Below the pieces are notes generated by a model. It was not told the origin of the DNA, ran no database searches, and saw nothing but the letters and a program-made list of their open reading frames with translations. From NCBI GenBank assembly GCA_033442325.1, contig JAWQFM010000014.1, forward strand, positions 1,596,468 through 1,660,467: a stretch of DNA of 64,000 nucleotides, written 5' to 3'. Numbering within the stretch: the stretch's first letter is position 1; every line of letters begins with the position of its first letter. Of the stretch, positions 60,725-64,000 are shown one piece after another. The DNA is from Salpingoeca rosetta. Its lineage: Eukaryota > Protista > Choanoflagellata. The translations under genes and the position numbers were made by a program.

Positions 60725-63700
60725 ACAGACACACAGACACAAAAGCACGTACCTGGATAAAGTGCGGGGAAGGGACGCTCTCGCCAACGCCGCGGAAGTC
60801 GCCCACGTCGACGAGTTGAAAGTCGTACTTGAACCCGGGGTTGGCGCGCGAGAACCGGCTCTCACTCTCCACATGCGGCAGATCACCCAGGCCTGGCATT
60901 ACACGCACAATGGCAGCAACAGCGGTTGGCGGCGCGTTGTGTGTTGTATGTTGTATGTGTGTGTTGGTACTGTGAGGGTGTGTTTTGTGTTGGGGAACTG
61001 AGAATACAAAACAAACGCATGGTGGTTGCTACGTTGGAGCCAGCCTGCATGTATGCATGGATGCATGAATGAATGGGTGTGGATGCGCACCTTCGTAGTT
61101 CCAGCGGAAGAGGTTTGCGAGGGAGGGACGCATGCGGCCCTGCTTGTCGAGCAGCACGTGGGGAACGCCAAGTCGCACAAACCGCGTGAACAGCGACTGC
61201 TCCATGTTGGAGAACTTCTTGAACGCCGTGTTCTTGATCACGGGCGGCAGCTGGTGGTGGTCACCGATGAGCATGACGCGCTTGAGGCGGTTGTATCCGT
61301 CCTCCGTGTTCTGCAGCATGAGCGGGATAAACGTCTCCACTTCGAGAATCTGGGCAGCCTCCTCCATCACCACGTTGTCGTACTTGAACCCAAGCTTCAC
61401 CTGCAGGGGTGTGGCAGCGGTGTGTTCGGTTCGGTTGCGAGGCGTGGATGTGAGCAGGAGAAGATGACGTCAAGGGAAGGCACGTCACCACCATAGGTGA
61501 CTGCCGCAGAGGCAGGCACACAGGTAGTCGAAGAGAAACAGTCACACGTACACAAAGGCACATCGGAAAAGACACACACAGACACCCACACCCACACAGA
61601 CACAGACACAGCCACAAAACACACAGAGCGGGTGTGGACGATACGTACGAGTTCACTGCGAGTGAGGGCTGCGTGTGTGCATGTCATCGCCACAATCTTT
61701 GCCTCTTTTGTGAGGAGGTACTTTGAGCGGTCTCTGCCGCGGTGCACCTGCTCAAACGGCCGGTACTCCCGCAGCGTCTCAAACACGTGGTTCAGGTGCC
61801 GCATGCAGCCCAGCGCCATCTCCCAGTCCTCATCAAAGCTGCGGCCGTGGAACAGCGGCTGCGGCGCCGTGCTGAAGAACGCTGCAAAGGGGAACTCCGC
61901 TGCGAGCATGGCAAGGGCCTCGGAGCCGTCGCCGCCCTGCTTCTGTTCCAGCTGATGCTGCTGCTGCTGCTGCACGCGGTCGGCGTAGGCGGTCCACAGC
62001 GGCTGGATCGCCTGGCGGTGAAAGTGCGCACACGTCTCGCACGTCGACGCAACGTCAATCGGGTCTGGATTGCGCAAAAGGGGGAAGAGACAAAGGGTGG
62101 GCAGGGGAGGTGAGTATACGTGATGAGTGAGGGTATGGATGGGTGTGTGAGAGAGAGAGAGAGTGTGTGTGTGTGTGAGTGTGTGTGAGAGTGTGTGTGT
62201 GTGAGTGAGTGAGTGTGAGTGAGTGTGAGTGAGTGTGTGTGTGTGTGTGTGTCTGCCGATGATTGAATGATTCCTGAATCGCGATCTGTACAAGACCACC
62301 CCCACGTGCCCAGGGCAACAGCACCATGTAAGCGTACATTGCAAGCTGGCGGCGAGGCGCTGCACTTCCTCCAGCAGTTCCAGGCGGTGCTGCAGCACAA
62401 AGTCGACCCGCCCGTACCTGTCACGGGGTCACATCACAGCGAGAAGAGCGAAGGCAATGTGAGGACACGGGGCAAAACGGCGGAACGAGACAAAGGGGTA
62501 GGGGGAAGCAAAGGAACATTGCACAAGCAGAACAAGATCAAGCACAAGCACAAGAATAGGGTTACCACCACCACCACCACCACCACAACAACACCCCTGG
62601 GCTCCCCCTCCCTTTCCAACCGCTGCCGGCACGCACCTGCTAAAGTCCTTTGTTGTCTCGAGAAGCTCTTCGCCACGGCCAAGACGCAGCAGGTGGCGTT
62701 CCTCAATGTCCAAGTGGATCAGCTTCTCAAACAGCTGGTTCAGCGCCTGGTTCGAGTGCGTCACAATCAGCGTCCGCTGGTCCGGGTGGTTGTGGTACAG
62801 GTTCGAGATAGTCTGAAGATTTTGTGGTGAGGGAGAGGGATTGGTGTTTGGGGAGGTTGCATGACGGTGAGGGCGGAAGGAAAGGAAGAAACGAGACTGA
62901 AAAGCGACGCCCGGGGCACGTACGCGTGCGCGCAAACACACGCATGTATACAGGTACAGACACACGAACACAGACACACGCACACGCAGGTATGCAGATA
63001 CAGACGCACAGACACGCACACGCACACGCACACGCACACAGACACAGACACACAGACACACACATCTCAACAACAACGCCCTCACCTGCACGGCGACGTC
63101 CGTCTTTCCGGTGCCCGGGGGACCGACGACGAGGGTGAGCCCCGGCTGCATGCCGCTGTGGATCGCCTCCACCTGCGCCGCTGTAAACGGGACCGCGTTG
63201 CGCTTTGGGGCGTCCTGCGGGAACGGGCCGCGGTTCTCCTCGTGCAGCGACTGCACACGAAGCACAGGCCGCTTCTCACCATCGCCACCGTCTGCAGACA
63301 CGTCCATGGCATCGCCTGTGGCCTTGGGCTTGGCCTTGCCCTTCTTCGCCACGTTGCGCGGCACGAGCGTGTCGATCTTGCGCTCGGGCATCTCCACAGG
63401 GAACGTCAGCGCAAATGGCGGCTTGGCCTTCGCACCGTCATCGCCGTCGCCATCGCCGCCCTCATACACGACGTCGTGCTTGGGGAACGCGGCGCGGACG
63501 TGGGCGAGGCTGAGGAACGTGTCGTTGAAGTTGAGGTGTGCCAGCTGGGAGCTGATGTTTGAGTAGTGGGCGGCGGCCGGGTCGCCGTATCCGAGGAAGA
63601 TGTCGTGCAGCCAGTCTGGCACGACGCAGCGCGTATTCATGAGGTCGCGGATCGTCTCAAGCACCGCCTTGAAGTTGTTCTCCTTTGGGTTGCGCCGCAC

Positions 63701-63749
63701 AAACACGTTGAACGTCGAGTACAGGTCCGTCCCGCCCTCTCCAGCATCC
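58960..63749 (-). CDS. AQR: RNA helicase Aquarius (intron-binding spliceosomal factor), 5'-partial, with acidic tail and C-terminal SAP/HeH-like domain
   Basis: [135 protein letters not shown]. Confidence 0.96.
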
Positions 63750-64000
63750 TGATCACACACACACACACATACACATTGGCGGGGCCAAAAGAGCAGGTGG
63801 GTGGGGTTACTTGGAAGGGTTGTGGTTGTGTGCTTGCGTGTTTGATTGCGTTCGGAGGTGGAGAAACAAGTGCGGTAGTCACGGGCAAGGCACGAACGTC
63901 AACAGCGCACACACACACACACACACATGCATACATGCAGACAAGCACATGTACATGCGCACACAAACGAAAAGTGCGCGCGCAGGGATGCAGAACGTAC

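Overview
Intron-rich eukaryotic genomic DNA with (GT)n/(CA)n microsatellite-filled introns and two N-gaps. Composition and gene content suggest a choanoflagellate such as Salpingoeca rosetta (inference). Most of the ORF track is microsatellite noise, so gene models were spliced by hand from GT-AG boundaries and reading-frame phase. Fifteen genes are supported, in order: a myristoylation-motif protein (possibly MEAK7/TLDC1-like, partial), LYRM9-like, UPRT, a ~2,200-aa kringle/LamG/Cys-repeat/mucin type I membrane protein, ALDH3 with an N-terminal membrane extension (partial), a laminin-gamma-like coiled-coil chain (5' end lost in a gap), TRMU/MnmA, VPS35L, an intronless double zinc-finger protein, an SH2-containing iRhom-like pseudoprotease, an SH3-SH2-BTB-TLDc protein, PSMB7, an ODF3/SHIPPO-repeat protein (partial), kinesin-8, and Aquarius with a C-terminal SAP/HeH-like domain (partial). 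The strongest candidate for a new system is the SH2-iRhom. It has an iRhom homology domain and a GAAG dead active site without the animal GPx proline, and it lies tail-to-tail with the SH3-SH2-BTB-TLDc gene. Also notable are the laminin-gamma-like chain and a consistent splice-site-polarised arrangement of GT and CA repeats in introns. All family assignments come from recalled motifs, not database searches.
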